From: a virus
Lineage: Duplodnaviria; Heunggongvirae; Uroviricota; Caudoviricetes
Reading direction: 5' to 3' (one strand)
Virus record (IMG/VR): IMGVR_UViG_3300029922_000006
Length of the DNA: 48,817 nucleotides
A program made the position numbers and the translations under genes. Shown here one piece after another: positions 36,195-44,890 of the stretch. The notes under the pieces were generated by a model. It was not told the origin of the DNA, did no database searches, and worked only from the letters and a program-made list of their open reading frames with translations. Every line of letters starts with the position of its first letter. The first letter of the stretch is position 1.

Positions 36195-37646
36195 ATGATG
36201 ACTGATGCAGTTAATCAAATTCTACAGGGGCTTGATCAAGGTCTCGTGTCTACACAGGACGTCGAGAACCTGAATAAAGCAATTACCGCCGGATACGGTG
36301 GAGCTGGTAAACCTACAGACCTCACTTATGGTGGTGTCCTTCAGGCTGAATCGTTGGAAGCTACGCTTAAGAGCGTAACCTTCGACATGAAGAACCTGAA
36401 AATGTGGCCTGCTATCTCCGTTGATAAGGCATACAATCTGTTCGAGCAATACAATCGCTTGATCAGCTACGGTTCAGACTCAGCACCTTACATTGGTGAA
36501 GGTGGAGCGCCGATCGAAGAAGATTCGACGTACGTTCGTGACGGACAAAAGATCGTGTTCTTCGGTACACGTCGTAAAGTCTCTCACCAAATGACTTTGG
36601 TCCGTACTACTGTTGGCGACATCGTTGCACAACAGGCAAAAGAAGGTACTATGCACCTTCTGAAAAACGTTGAGCGTGAGATGTACTGGGGCCATGGCCA
36701 CTTCCTCAATCGCTTGACTGGTGCTGCTAACGGTTCGCCTGCTGATCTTCCACAGAACAGCATCGCAATGAGTGGTTTGCTTCAACAGTTGCTTAAAGGT
36801 GACCAAGACGTTCTGATGCGTTCTGGTGACTTCGAAGGTTACGGCGACGCTCAGTCGATCGCTCAAAACCTCGGTGGTAACGTTATTGCTCAAGATGATA
36901 TCGAGCGTCTCGCAGTTATCGCGTTGGAAAACTTCGGTTCTCCTTCGGAACTCCACATCGAACCAGCTGCTTTGTCAGCGTTCGTGAAGCAGTTCTATCC
37001 TCAGTTCCGTTCAGCTCCGGGCCTTTCTAACCAAACAGTTGGTTATGATGTTTCGAAGATGACGACTACTGCAGGAACGGTTGACTTCAAGCCGAACTTG
37101 TTCTTGCGTCCTCGCAGCGGAGCTCGCGCTCTTGCTGTAAGTGCTCTCGCTCCTGCTCCTGGCGCTCTCGCGATCGCTTCGGCAGCTTCTGGTACTGGAT
37201 CGCAGCTTGTTGCTGGTACTTACCAAATCAAGGTTACCTTGGTTAACGACGCTGGCGAATCTATCCCTACACAAGGTGCTGCTGTTACTTTGACTCAAGG
37301 TCAAAACATCACGCTGACTGTTTCGGGAATGCCTGCTAACGTGAAGTACTTGAAAGCTTACATCTCTGCTCCAGGCGGCGCTGTTGGAACTGAAAAGTTC
37401 TGCGGTAACTTCGCTAACCAAGGTAACACAACTTACCTGATGGCTGGTGCTCTGCAAGCTGGTCTTGGCGAAGCGTTCTTGCTTGATATGTCGGCTGAGT
37501 GCATGAAGTTTAAACAACTTGCACCTTTGTCGAAAATCAACTTCGCAATCGTTACGACTGCTCTTGAATTCGCTATCGTGATGTACGGCGCTCTGTTCGT
37601 ATACACTCCGCGCTTCAATTGTCTTTTTGAAAACGTGGGAAAATAA
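36195..37646 (+). CDS. major capsid protein
   Basis: LNK-AITAGYG..GGVLQAESLE N-arm resembling SPO1/Twort-like capsids; EQYNR, EREMYWG, LAPLSKI; strong codon bias; terminator after. Confidence 0.88.
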   Translation: MMTDAVNQILQGLDQGLVSTQDVENLNKAITAGYGGAGKPTDLTYGGVLQAESLEATLKSVTFDMKNLKMWPAISVDKAYNLFEQYNRLISYGSDSAPYIGEGGAPIEEDSTYVRDGQKIVFFGTRRKVSHQMTLVRTTVGDIVAQQAKEGTMHLLKNVEREMYWGHGHFLNRLTGAANGSPADLPQNSIAMSGLLQQLLKGDQDVLMRSGDFEGYGDAQSIAQNLGGNVIAQDDIERLAVIALENFGSPSELHIEPAALSAFVKQFYPQFRSAPGLSNQTVGYDVSKMTTTAGTVDFKPNLFLRPRSGARALAVSALAPAPGALAIASAASGTGSQLVAGTYQIKVTLVNDAGESIPTQGAAVTLTQGQNITLTVSGMPANVKYLKAYISAPGGAVGTEKFCGNFANQGNTTYLMAGALQAGLGEAFLLDMSAECMKFKQLAPLSKINFAIVTTALEFAIVMYGALFVYTPRFNCLFENVGK

Positions 37647-37671
37647 TTGTTAAATAAAATCAACTAGTTAG

Positions 37672-37697
37672 AAAACCGGAAGCAATTCCGGTTTTTT
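37672..37697 (+). terminator. Rho-independent terminator
   Basis: AAAACCGGAA-GCAA-TTCCGGTTTTTT. Confidence 0.85.
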
Positions 37698-37737
37698 AAT
37701 ATATAACTCTTATTTAAGAACGTAGTATAATGAAATC

Positions 37738-38304
37738 ATGAAAAACTGTAAGAGATGCGATAAAGAGATACCAAGAAATAACTACTGCGGTAAGTGCTAT
37801 ACGCTTAACTTTCGAGAGCGTAATCCAGGTCGTATGGAGGAGTTATGTGCTAAGTATTATGAAGAAAATAAAAATCATGTTATTTCTAGAGTGAAACAAT
37901 ATAATAAAGAAAATTCAAAACAAGTTAATGCTACTCATAATGAATGGGTAAAACGAAGCAATTACTTTAATAATCGCTATAATACTGATATTCAATACAA
38001 ACTAATTAAAATCCAGCGTGCGAGAATTCATGCGGCTCTTCACGGAAAGAATAAATCCCAAACTACTCAAGAGCTAATCGGCTGCTCAACTGAATTTCTC
38101 AAAGACTATATAGAATCAAAGTTTGAACCAGGTATGACTTGGAATAATTATTCTGTTAATGGTTGGCATATCGACCACATTAAACCGATTTCTCTATTTG
38201 ATCTAACGGATCCAGACCAATTAAAAGAAGCCTGTTGCTATATAAATCTTCAGCCAATGTGGGCGGAAGAAAACCTTAAGAAATCCAACAAAACTATAGA
38301 GTAG
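37738..38304 (+). CDS. HNH endonuclease (WHIDH family)
   Basis: IGCSTEFL, MTWNNY..GWHIDHIKP, NLQPMW. Confidence 0.85.
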   Translation: MKNCKRCDKEIPRNNYCGKCYTLNFRERNPGRMEELCAKYYEENKNHVISRVKQYNKENSKQVNATHNEWVKRSNYFNNRYNTDIQYKLIKIQRARIHAALHGKNKSQTTQELIGCSTEFLKDYIESKFEPGMTWNNYSVNGWHIDHIKPISLFDLTDPDQLKEACCYINLQPMWAEENLKKSNKTIE

Positions 38305-38313
38305 AATAGAGAT

Positions 38314-38838
38314 ATGTTCGGAATCACTATCGATGAACTTGAAATACTCTCTAAAGCCGTAGATCCTAAGGATCTCAAAGCGTTCATTACACATTCGAAA
38401 GTGATGAATGATAAGAATGCGAAGATGCCTGCGCGTGTTAAAGCTGCAGAAGAAGTCTTCCGTCTAGGTCTTGCACACTCTAAAGCAAACCCCAAAGAAC
38501 CGCCTCTTAAAGCACTCGCCGCAGACTTTACTCCTGAGCTAGAAGCACCTGTTGCTCCAGCACCAGTCGTAGCAGAACCAAAGATTGATCCACCTACTGG
38601 TGCAGCACAAGCTGGTCCTGTAGTAAATGTTCCTACTCCAGCCGAAGTTCCATTCCACGAGGAATTTGCGAGACATCACGGCGGAGACCCTAAAGCTATT
38701 AAAGCCACTTTCGATGCTATGACTCCTGAGCATTTGGCAACTACGAAAGCATGGCACGCAGAACAACTTCAGAACAAGATGCAGAAGAGCGTAGAAACAC
38801 TCTATACGCTATTCCAGACACTCAAGAAGCAGCTATAA
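38314..38838 (+). CDS. hypothetical Pro/Ala-rich protein, possible head cargo
   Basis: LSKA near the N-terminus, MQKS near the C-terminus. Confidence 0.65.
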   Translation: MFGITIDELEILSKAVDPKDLKAFITHSKVMNDKNAKMPARVKAAEEVFRLGLAHSKANPKEPPLKALAADFTPELEAPVAPAPVVAEPKIDPPTGAAQAGPVVNVPTPAEVPFHEEFARHHGGDPKAIKATFDAMTPEHLATTKAWHAEQLQNKMQKSVETLYTLFQTLKKQL

Positions 38839-38873
38839 CGGTTGATTCTAATCGTCGTCTGTATAATGTCTCT

Positions 38874-39548
38874 ATGAAAAAGGCACGTTATATCTGTCTC
38901 GAAGGCACTGAAGGCGTAGGAAAAACAACTCAAACGCAGAAGTTGGTAGATACCCTTCGCGCGCGAGGATACACCGTATTGCAAACGAAAGAACCGGGCA
39001 CACCTCTCGTTCCGTTGACAATGGCGTTGCGAGGGATCATGTTGGACAATCAATACGATGCTGTTCTGACGAAACCTGCAAGAGAATTTATCTCTCAAGC
39101 GATCCGTTCTATTCATCTCGAACGACTTATCGTTCCTTCTCTAAACGAATATGATTTCATCATTCAAGACCGAGGTATCCTCAGTGGATATGCTTACGGT
39201 ACTGCATGCGGCAATCTTACCGAAGATCTCATCAGTATGGCTAATCAGAACGTTGATTCTGCCGATAATCAGCTCGGAATCTTCCCTCCTTCCGCAGAGC
39301 AGATCTATGAGACTGTAATATATCTTCGAGGGGATTCTGTCAAAGGTTTGGCTGCGGCCAAACAGGCGAAGCAGGAATTTTCTGCTGGCGACGCGATGGA
39401 ATCTCGTGGAAACGATTTTATTAGTAAGTGCGCATTTTACATGGATAAGCTGTCCGAGCGCTTTAACACTGTTAGAATAGACGTTGACGGCAAGTCAATT
39501 GAAGATGTACATAACGAGATACTTGCCGGTCTCGGATTGGGGAAATGA
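38874..39548 (+). CDS. tmk: thymidylate kinase
   Basis: LEGTEGVGKTTQ, TKEPG, IQDRGILSGYAYG; start ATG 38874, 6 nt after TATAAT. Confidence 0.9.
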   Translation: MKKARYICLEGTEGVGKTTQTQKLVDTLRARGYTVLQTKEPGTPLVPLTMALRGIMLDNQYDAVLTKPAREFISQAIRSIHLERLIVPSLNEYDFIIQDRGILSGYAYGTACGNLTEDLISMANQNVDSADNQLGIFPPSAEQIYETVIYLRGDSVKGLAAAKQAKQEFSAGDAMESRGNDFISKCAFYMDKLSERFNTVRIDVDGKSIEDVHNEILAGLGLGK

Positions 39549-40375
39549 TGGCTAAGTCCAAGGCGCGTAAAAAGAAACAGTTGACTGGCCCGAAAGTGCT
39601 GATCTTTGATATCGAGACCGCTCCTATCATTGCACACGTTTGGAGCCTATGGGAAAACAATGTATCCCTCAACCAGATCGTGTCCGATTGGCACGTCTTG
39701 AGTTGGAGCGCTAAATGGCTCGGAGACGCGCCTAATAAGGTCATGTATATGGACCAACGCGGCGCTAAGAACATTGAAGACGACAAGAAGATTTTAGAAG
39801 GTATCTGGAATTTGCTTGACGAGTGTGATGTCGTTATCACACAGAACGGTAAATCGTTCGACCAGAAGAAGTTGAATGCACGCTTCATCCTGAACGGCTT
39901 CCAACCGCCTTCTTCATACAAGCATATCGACACTAAAGTCATTGCCTCTAAGCATTTCAAGTTCACGTCGAACAAGCTTGAGTATATGACCGACAAATTG
40001 AACAAGACCTATAAGAAGCTTAAGCATACTAAATTCCCGGGACACGAGATGTGGGCCCAGTGTTTAGCTGGTAATCTTGAGGCTTGGAAAGAAATGGAAG
40101 TCTACAATAAGTATGACGTCCTTGCCCTTGAAGAGCTTTACAACAAGCTTATCCCTTGGGATAACAGCATCAACTTTAACGTTTATCATGATGAGGTAGA
40201 TCACGTGTGCAAATGCGGTAGCACTACATTCATTAAGAACGGCTTCTACTATACTTCTGCAGGCAAGTTCCAGAAACACAAGTGTCGCAGCTGTGGAGCC
40301 GAACACCGCGATAAAGAAAACCTGTTCAGTAAGGAAAAGCGCCAATCACTCAAGATGGCGACCCCTAAGACGTAA
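39545..40375 (+). CDS. RNase H-fold (DEDD/RNase_H_2) exonuclease with C-terminal Zn finger
   Basis: FDIET, QNGKSFD, YNKYDV, CKCG...CRSCG. Confidence 0.85.
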   Translation: MMAKSKARKKKQLTGPKVLIFDIETAPIIAHVWSLWENNVSLNQIVSDWHVLSWSAKWLGDAPNKVMYMDQRGAKNIEDDKKILEGIWNLLDECDVVITQNGKSFDQKKLNARFILNGFQPPSSYKHIDTKVIASKHFKFTSNKLEYMTDKLNKTYKKLKHTKFPGHEMWAQCLAGNLEAWKEMEVYNKYDVLALEELYNKLIPWDNSINFNVYHDEVDHVCKCGSTTFIKNGFYYTSAGKFQKHKCRSCGAEHRDKENLFSKEKRQSLKMATPKT

Positions 40376-40770
40376 TGAAAACGTGTTCGGATTGTAAAGA
40401 GACTAAAGAATTATCTGACTTCAAAACAAGAAAGTCAGGTGTTTTGTACGCTAAGTGTAGATCTTGCTGTTACATAGATGATGTGTCTTGGCGCAACAAC
40501 AATAGAGATCGATACAGAGCTGGACAGCTGAAAGCAAAATTTGGCATCACTCTGGAAACTTATAACCAGATGTTGGCCCAGCAAAATGAAAGATGCTTGG
40601 GATGCAACAAGCATCAGTCTGAATTGAAGATTAATATGGCTGTAGATCACTGTCATGGGACAGGTAAGATTCGCGGCCTTTTGTGTGACGCCTGCAATAA
40701 GGCCGTTGGCTATATGAAGGATAACCCTTTAGTTGCTGATAACCTTGCAGCCTACTTAAGGAAGTTCTAA
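40375..40770 (+). CDS. endonuclease VII-family HNH endonuclease
   Basis: KFGIT; VDHCHGTGKIRGLLC..CN. Confidence 0.88.
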   Translation: MKTCSDCKETKELSDFKTRKSGVLYAKCRSCCYIDDVSWRNNNRDRYRAGQLKAKFGITLETYNQMLAQQNERCLGCNKHQSELKINMAVDHCHGTGKIRGLLCDACNKAVGYMKDNPLVADNLAAYLRKF

Positions 40771-41321
40771 TGCACTTTAAAGAGCTTGAAACAAAATACT
40801 ATGCTGACGATATCGACATGGCTGATTTCATCAAGCTCGTGCAGCCTCTTAACCCTACATGGATGATGGTATCTTCATATGATGACTACTTTGTCAACGA
40901 CTCGGACGAATTCATCAGATACCGTTACCATGAACACATGGGTGAGCTTACGATCAAACGGAAGACAACCGGAGCTAATAATAACAACCGTGTCGAGGTC
41001 AACGTCCCGACTGACGGTAAATCTGGTGCGGCTATTGAAGCTTTTGCAAGTCTGTTAGGCTATAAGAAGAACTTCTCTATCTTTAAGACCTGCAAGATTG
41101 CGTTCCTTGAAAAGGCTGTACTAGTCTATTACATCGTCTACGACGAAAACCTCAATGAAAAGAAGCGGTTTATCGAAGTAGAGGCTAAGGAAGATTACGC
41201 TTGGGCCTCTGAGGAAGAAGCCTGGGCCATGGTTGTACAGTATGAAGATATGCTGGCCCCGCTAGGTATCTCAGCTAAGAATCGACTTAAAAAGTCACTA
41301 TACGAGATGTTCAAGAAATAA
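40770..41321 (+). CDS. CYTH (triphosphate tunnel metalloenzyme) protein
   Basis: ELETKY (ExExK), IRYR, LTIK, RVEVN, FIEVE, SLYEM. Confidence 0.85.
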   Translation: MHFKELETKYYADDIDMADFIKLVQPLNPTWMMVSSYDDYFVNDSDEFIRYRYHEHMGELTIKRKTTGANNNNRVEVNVPTDGKSGAAIEAFASLLGYKKNFSIFKTCKIAFLEKAVLVYYIVYDENLNEKKRFIEVEAKEDYAWASEEEAWAMVVQYEDMLAPLGISAKNRLKKSLYEMFKK

Positions 41322-41757
41322 GATACTCGACAGCTCTCTTTAGGGTCTCTGGATTATCAAAACTGTTACCTAAAAGCGTATTGCAGTTTTGACATAAGAG
41401 ACCTCTAATTTTACCTGTCTTGTGGCAATGATCGACAGCTAGTCGCTTTGCAAACTCTGTCCTATTTCTTTTACAGATCTTACAATTGCCCTCTTGTTCT
41501 ATATACATTTGCTCATAAAGTTCAGGAGTAATTCCATACTCCCTCTTTAGATCGCGGTATCTCTTTTTAGAATAATTATTGTCATTCCACTTTTTATTAG
41601 TGGCTTTATTCTTTTCAGGGTTAGCCGCTTTCCATTCTCTAGCGATACGCTTAGTACATTCTTTACAGCGTCCCTTTCGTTTAGGTGAAAATTTACCCTT
41701 ATAGAAGTCTTCTTGTGATTTATGCTGTTCGCAAATAGTGCAATATACTGTTTCCAT
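41311..41757 (-). CDS. endonuclease VII-family HNH endonuclease (only convincing minus-strand gene)
   Basis: EYGIT; VDHCHKTGKIRGLLCQNCN; own TATAAT 6 nt before ATG. Confidence 0.88.
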   Translation of the reverse strand: METVYCTICEQHKSQEDFYKGKFSPKRKGRCKECTKRIAREWKAANPEKNKATNKKWNDNNYSKKRYRDLKREYGITPELYEQMYIEQEGNCKICKRNRTEFAKRLAVDHCHKTGKIRGLLCQNCNTLLGNSFDNPETLKRAVEYLIS

Positions 41758-41872
41758 GCTTTAATTATATCATGTATCCGATGTTGAACCCGACAAATCA
41801 CCTGAAACTTAATGTCAGGTTCTAGGTTCCAGACGCGGTATAATGTCCCTATAGTCTATAGGAGACAATACA

Positions 41873-42223
41873 ATGCGTACAAGTAACCTGGCCAATGAGG
41901 CCGTCCGTCAAGCAGAAGTAGGCCAAGTTTGGGAAGAGCAGCTCTCAGGAGCAGCTGGTACCCTAGTTATGGATACATTCAGAACGTTCCGTGTCCGTGC
42001 AGCAGGTGCTGTAACCGTGACGATCGACGGAACACTCGCAGCAACAATGATTTCTGGCGAGATCCTTCTCTTCAATTCTGGAAGCGGCCAACCTGTTAAT
42101 GTTGGAGCAATTCCTGGTGGACCCATGGGCGTAACAAGCCGTGCGTCACAAACCAATATCGTAATTACTGGAACGGCTTTCGTTCAAGTAGCGCGGGACA
42201 ACGTCCGTAAAGTTAACCAGTAA
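41873..42223 (+). CDS. hypothetical protein, possibly virion
   Basis: AGGAG SD; GGTATAAT upstream; beta-rich. Confidence 0.6.
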   Translation: MRTSNLANEAVRQAEVGQVWEEQLSGAAGTLVMDTFRTFRVRAAGAVTVTIDGTLAATMISGEILLFNSGSGQPVNVGAIPGGPMGVTSRASQTNIVITGTAFVQVARDNVRKVNQ

Positions 42224-42233
42224 GAGGTGATCT

Positions 42234-43367
42234 ATGGAACTGAAAGGTTTCAGGGAGTTACTTCTTAAAAAAGCGGCTAACGACCCTACATTACAGACAT
42301 TGATCGACGTCATGAAAGACGAGATCATTGCAGAGAAAGTTCTCGAATCTCTCGAGAAGATGGCTCGTCCGCAAGCGTCCATGGGACGTGGTGCGAACGC
42401 AGGCGTTACTGCATTCGGCAATCAGATGAAGAACAAAGATGTAGAAATGATGCGAGACGCATTGTCGCACCATATCAACCATCATAAGGCTGCTCTGAAA
42501 AACGGACAACGCGAGATCGCTGATCAACACTTGAACAAGATCATTCCTATGATGCACTTGGCAGGTCGCGCAGCAACTCACTCTAACGGTCAGTTGGGAT
42601 TAGACTATACTCCAACAGAGCCGTGGGAAACAAACTACACTACAACTGAACGTCGCCCTGAGACTGGTAAACTTAAAGAAGGTACCAAAGGTCTCCGTCG
42701 CCGACTTAATTCTGCGTCAAGAGATAAGAATCCTCGATCTGTTCCGGATTACCGCTATCTTGAAATGGCTCCTCACGAAGGACATGCAGATACGGCAAAG
42801 TCTCCACACAAAGGTGGATACCCGTTCGAAGAGATACAACTCGGATCGCCTGCAAAAATCGATGCTAAAGAAGCTTACTTACACTCACAAGATGTAGGCA
42901 AGCAAGATGCATTCGTTCCGCACCCATTCGATGAGCATCCTATCCATGACATTGCAGAGCAATCGCAAGATGACTTGACGCCAGACAAGATGGCGGAGTT
43001 TGCTGATGCTATGCAAAACTGGGGCGGATCAGAGCACAACAAGAAATGGCTTGAAGGCGTTAAGCGTCTTCATGCCGCAGACCCGCAAGCATTCGCTGCT
43101 CGCGGCAAGACAAAACCTGGACATCATTTCGAAGGTCTTCCACTTGGTGAACAGCCGCACAAAGCAGCTGGACCTAAGGTTGATATGGCTTCGTTGCCAC
43201 CAGAACTTGCTGCTAAGTTTGCTAACAAGGTTCCAGCTCCAGCTGCACCTACCGAACAAGCCGCACCTGCACCAGTTGCTCCAGCGCCACAACAAGCACC
43301 AGCATTATCGCCTGAGCACATTGCAAATCTTCCACCTGCGTTGCGCGCTAAATTGGGAGTTAAGTAA
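42234..43367 (+). CDS. hypothetical protein, possible head cargo
   Basis: LKKA/LEKM near the N-terminus; Pro/Ala-rich tail. Confidence 0.7.
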   Translation: MELKGFRELLLKKAANDPTLQTLIDVMKDEIIAEKVLESLEKMARPQASMGRGANAGVTAFGNQMKNKDVEMMRDALSHHINHHKAALKNGQREIADQHLNKIIPMMHLAGRAATHSNGQLGLDYTPTEPWETNYTTTERRPETGKLKEGTKGLRRRLNSASRDKNPRSVPDYRYLEMAPHEGHADTAKSPHKGGYPFEEIQLGSPAKIDAKEAYLHSQDVGKQDAFVPHPFDEHPIHDIAEQSQDDLTPDKMAEFADAMQNWGGSEHNKKWLEGVKRLHAADPQAFAARGKTKPGHHFEGLPLGEQPHKAAGPKVDMASLPPELAAKFANKVPAPAAPTEQAAPAPVAPAPQQAPALSPEHIANLPPALRAKLGVK

Positions 43368-44890
43368 TGGATAAATTAGAGAAGATCTATAAAAAAATGT
43401 TAGCCGCGAAAGAGCAGCTTGAAAAAGCTCGCCAAAAGATGGCTGATGAGTATGATCCAAATGAAGACCCATACGAAGGTGAAACTGAGTATGACGGCAC
43501 TGATCGTGACTTTGATCCTGATGAAGAGAGCGATGACGCTGACAAATGGTTAGCAGAGAACGATCCAGCTGCTGCAAAGCCTGCTGACGAATACTCTGAA
43601 TATGAGCCAGATGAAGACGACGAAGCTCATCGTGCTGCTATTGATGAAGATATGGGGTCTGAGGATTCACAATCTCCAATGGAATCTCCCGCTGCACAAC
43701 AGCAAGCTGCTCCGGCCGCTCGCGAAGCAGTGGCACAAGGTGAAGGCAAGAAGTCTCGCTGGCAACAACCATCGCGTGAAGACCTCATGTCGATGCGTCA
43801 GTACACTCGTCCATGGGAACAACGCGCTCGTGAGGCTCAGCAATTAAAAGCTGATCCTTCTAAGAATCCGCAACTCGCTCGTCAAGGAAACATTGTTGAA
43901 GCTCGTAACGCATCTCATGGAGACCGTAACGCTGCTTACCGTGAGTATACTAACTCACCTGACTACAAGAATGCAGATCCTATCCAACAGATGGAGATGG
44001 ACGATCAGTTCGAAAACAACTGGAAGCAACAGAACCCTGAGCATTTAAAGAATGCTTTGAACGCTCACCACGAGGCTCATGAAAAGGGGAAAGGCGCTAA
44101 AGATATTCACGCTGCTGCGAAAGATGCTCAGATCCGTAACATCATCTCTGGTGGTGGACACGGTGGTGAAGGCTACTCTCTTGAAGAAGGTATGCAACAC
44201 GCTGGCGGAACTAAAGGCGAAGAAGGAACTCAAGCAACTGTTAAGCAGGATCCTGCTACGTCGTTTGCTATGGGCAACCAAGACTTCTTGCGTCAGTATG
44301 GTGAAGACTATAAGAATAAAGGCAAGAAGGTTGGAAACATCGATGAGATGTCTAACTATGACGAAGGCGCTAAGCGCGACGTTAAACGTATCCTTGGTGA
44401 AGGTCCTAGCAAGAATCCTCAGTTTGAGAAGTTCTTCGAGCACTATCATCCAATGATTGGTATGTCTGCTAAGAAAGCTTTAAACACTCTTGGATTGGAT
44501 GCTAATCATCCAGACATCGATCATTCTATGCTTCATGAAGCTGGAATGCACGGTCTTATCCAAGCGATGAATGATTATGATCACGACAACCCTTCAAAGG
44601 CTTCGTTTGCAACTCACGCGGGCAACAAAATTCGCGGATTACAAATGACTGCTTTGAAGAATCAAGATGCTGTTCCAACTGAAGTGCGCGCTGCACAGAA
44701 GAAGTTCGCATCTGGTAAAGCGTCTCCGCAAGCACCTAAGGTTGATTTGAAGTCTGTTATCCAGAGTTCAGGTCACCCTAAAGCACCGGACATGGCTGAC
44801 CGCTTGCAACGTGTGGGTTCACAACGTCAAGCACAAGCAATTAAAGTTCGCAAACCGCCTACAAGCGGCAGACAAGGCGGAGGAATCTAA
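43367..44890 (+). CDS. acidic low-complexity protein with C-terminal sigma70 region-2-like domain
   Basis: LEKA at N-terminus; HYHPMI...MLHEAGMHGLIQAMNDYD...ASFATHAGNKIRG. Confidence 0.65.
   Translation: MDKLEKIYKKMLAAKEQLEKARQKMADEYDPNEDPYEGETEYDGTDRDFDPDEESDDADKWLAENDPAAAKPADEYSEYEPDEDDEAHRAAIDEDMGSEDSQSPMESPAAQQQAAPAAREAVAQGEGKKSRWQQPSREDLMSMRQYTRPWEQRAREAQQLKADPSKNPQLARQGNIVEARNASHGDRNAAYREYTNSPDYKNADPIQQMEMDDQFENNWKQQNPEHLKNALNAHHEAHEKGKGAKDIHAAAKDAQIRNIISGGGHGGEGYSLEEGMQHAGGTKGEEGTQATVKQDPATSFAMGNQDFLRQYGEDYKNKGKKVGNIDEMSNYDEGAKRDVKRILGEGPSKNPQFEKFFEHYHPMIGMSAKKALNTLGLDANHPDIDHSMLHEAGMHGLIQAMNDYDHDNPSKASFATHAGNKIRGLQMTALKNQDAVPTEVRAAQKKFASGKASPQAPKVDLKSVIQSSGHPKAPDMADRLQRVGSQRQAQAIKVRKPPTSGRQGGGI

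Noticed and set aside
38751-38873. ORF-track N-terminal extensions (38751, 13199, 20947, 11414, 47014)
   Set aside because: They overlap upstream genes or promoters; downstream ATGs fit the -10 spacing or SD and the domain starts
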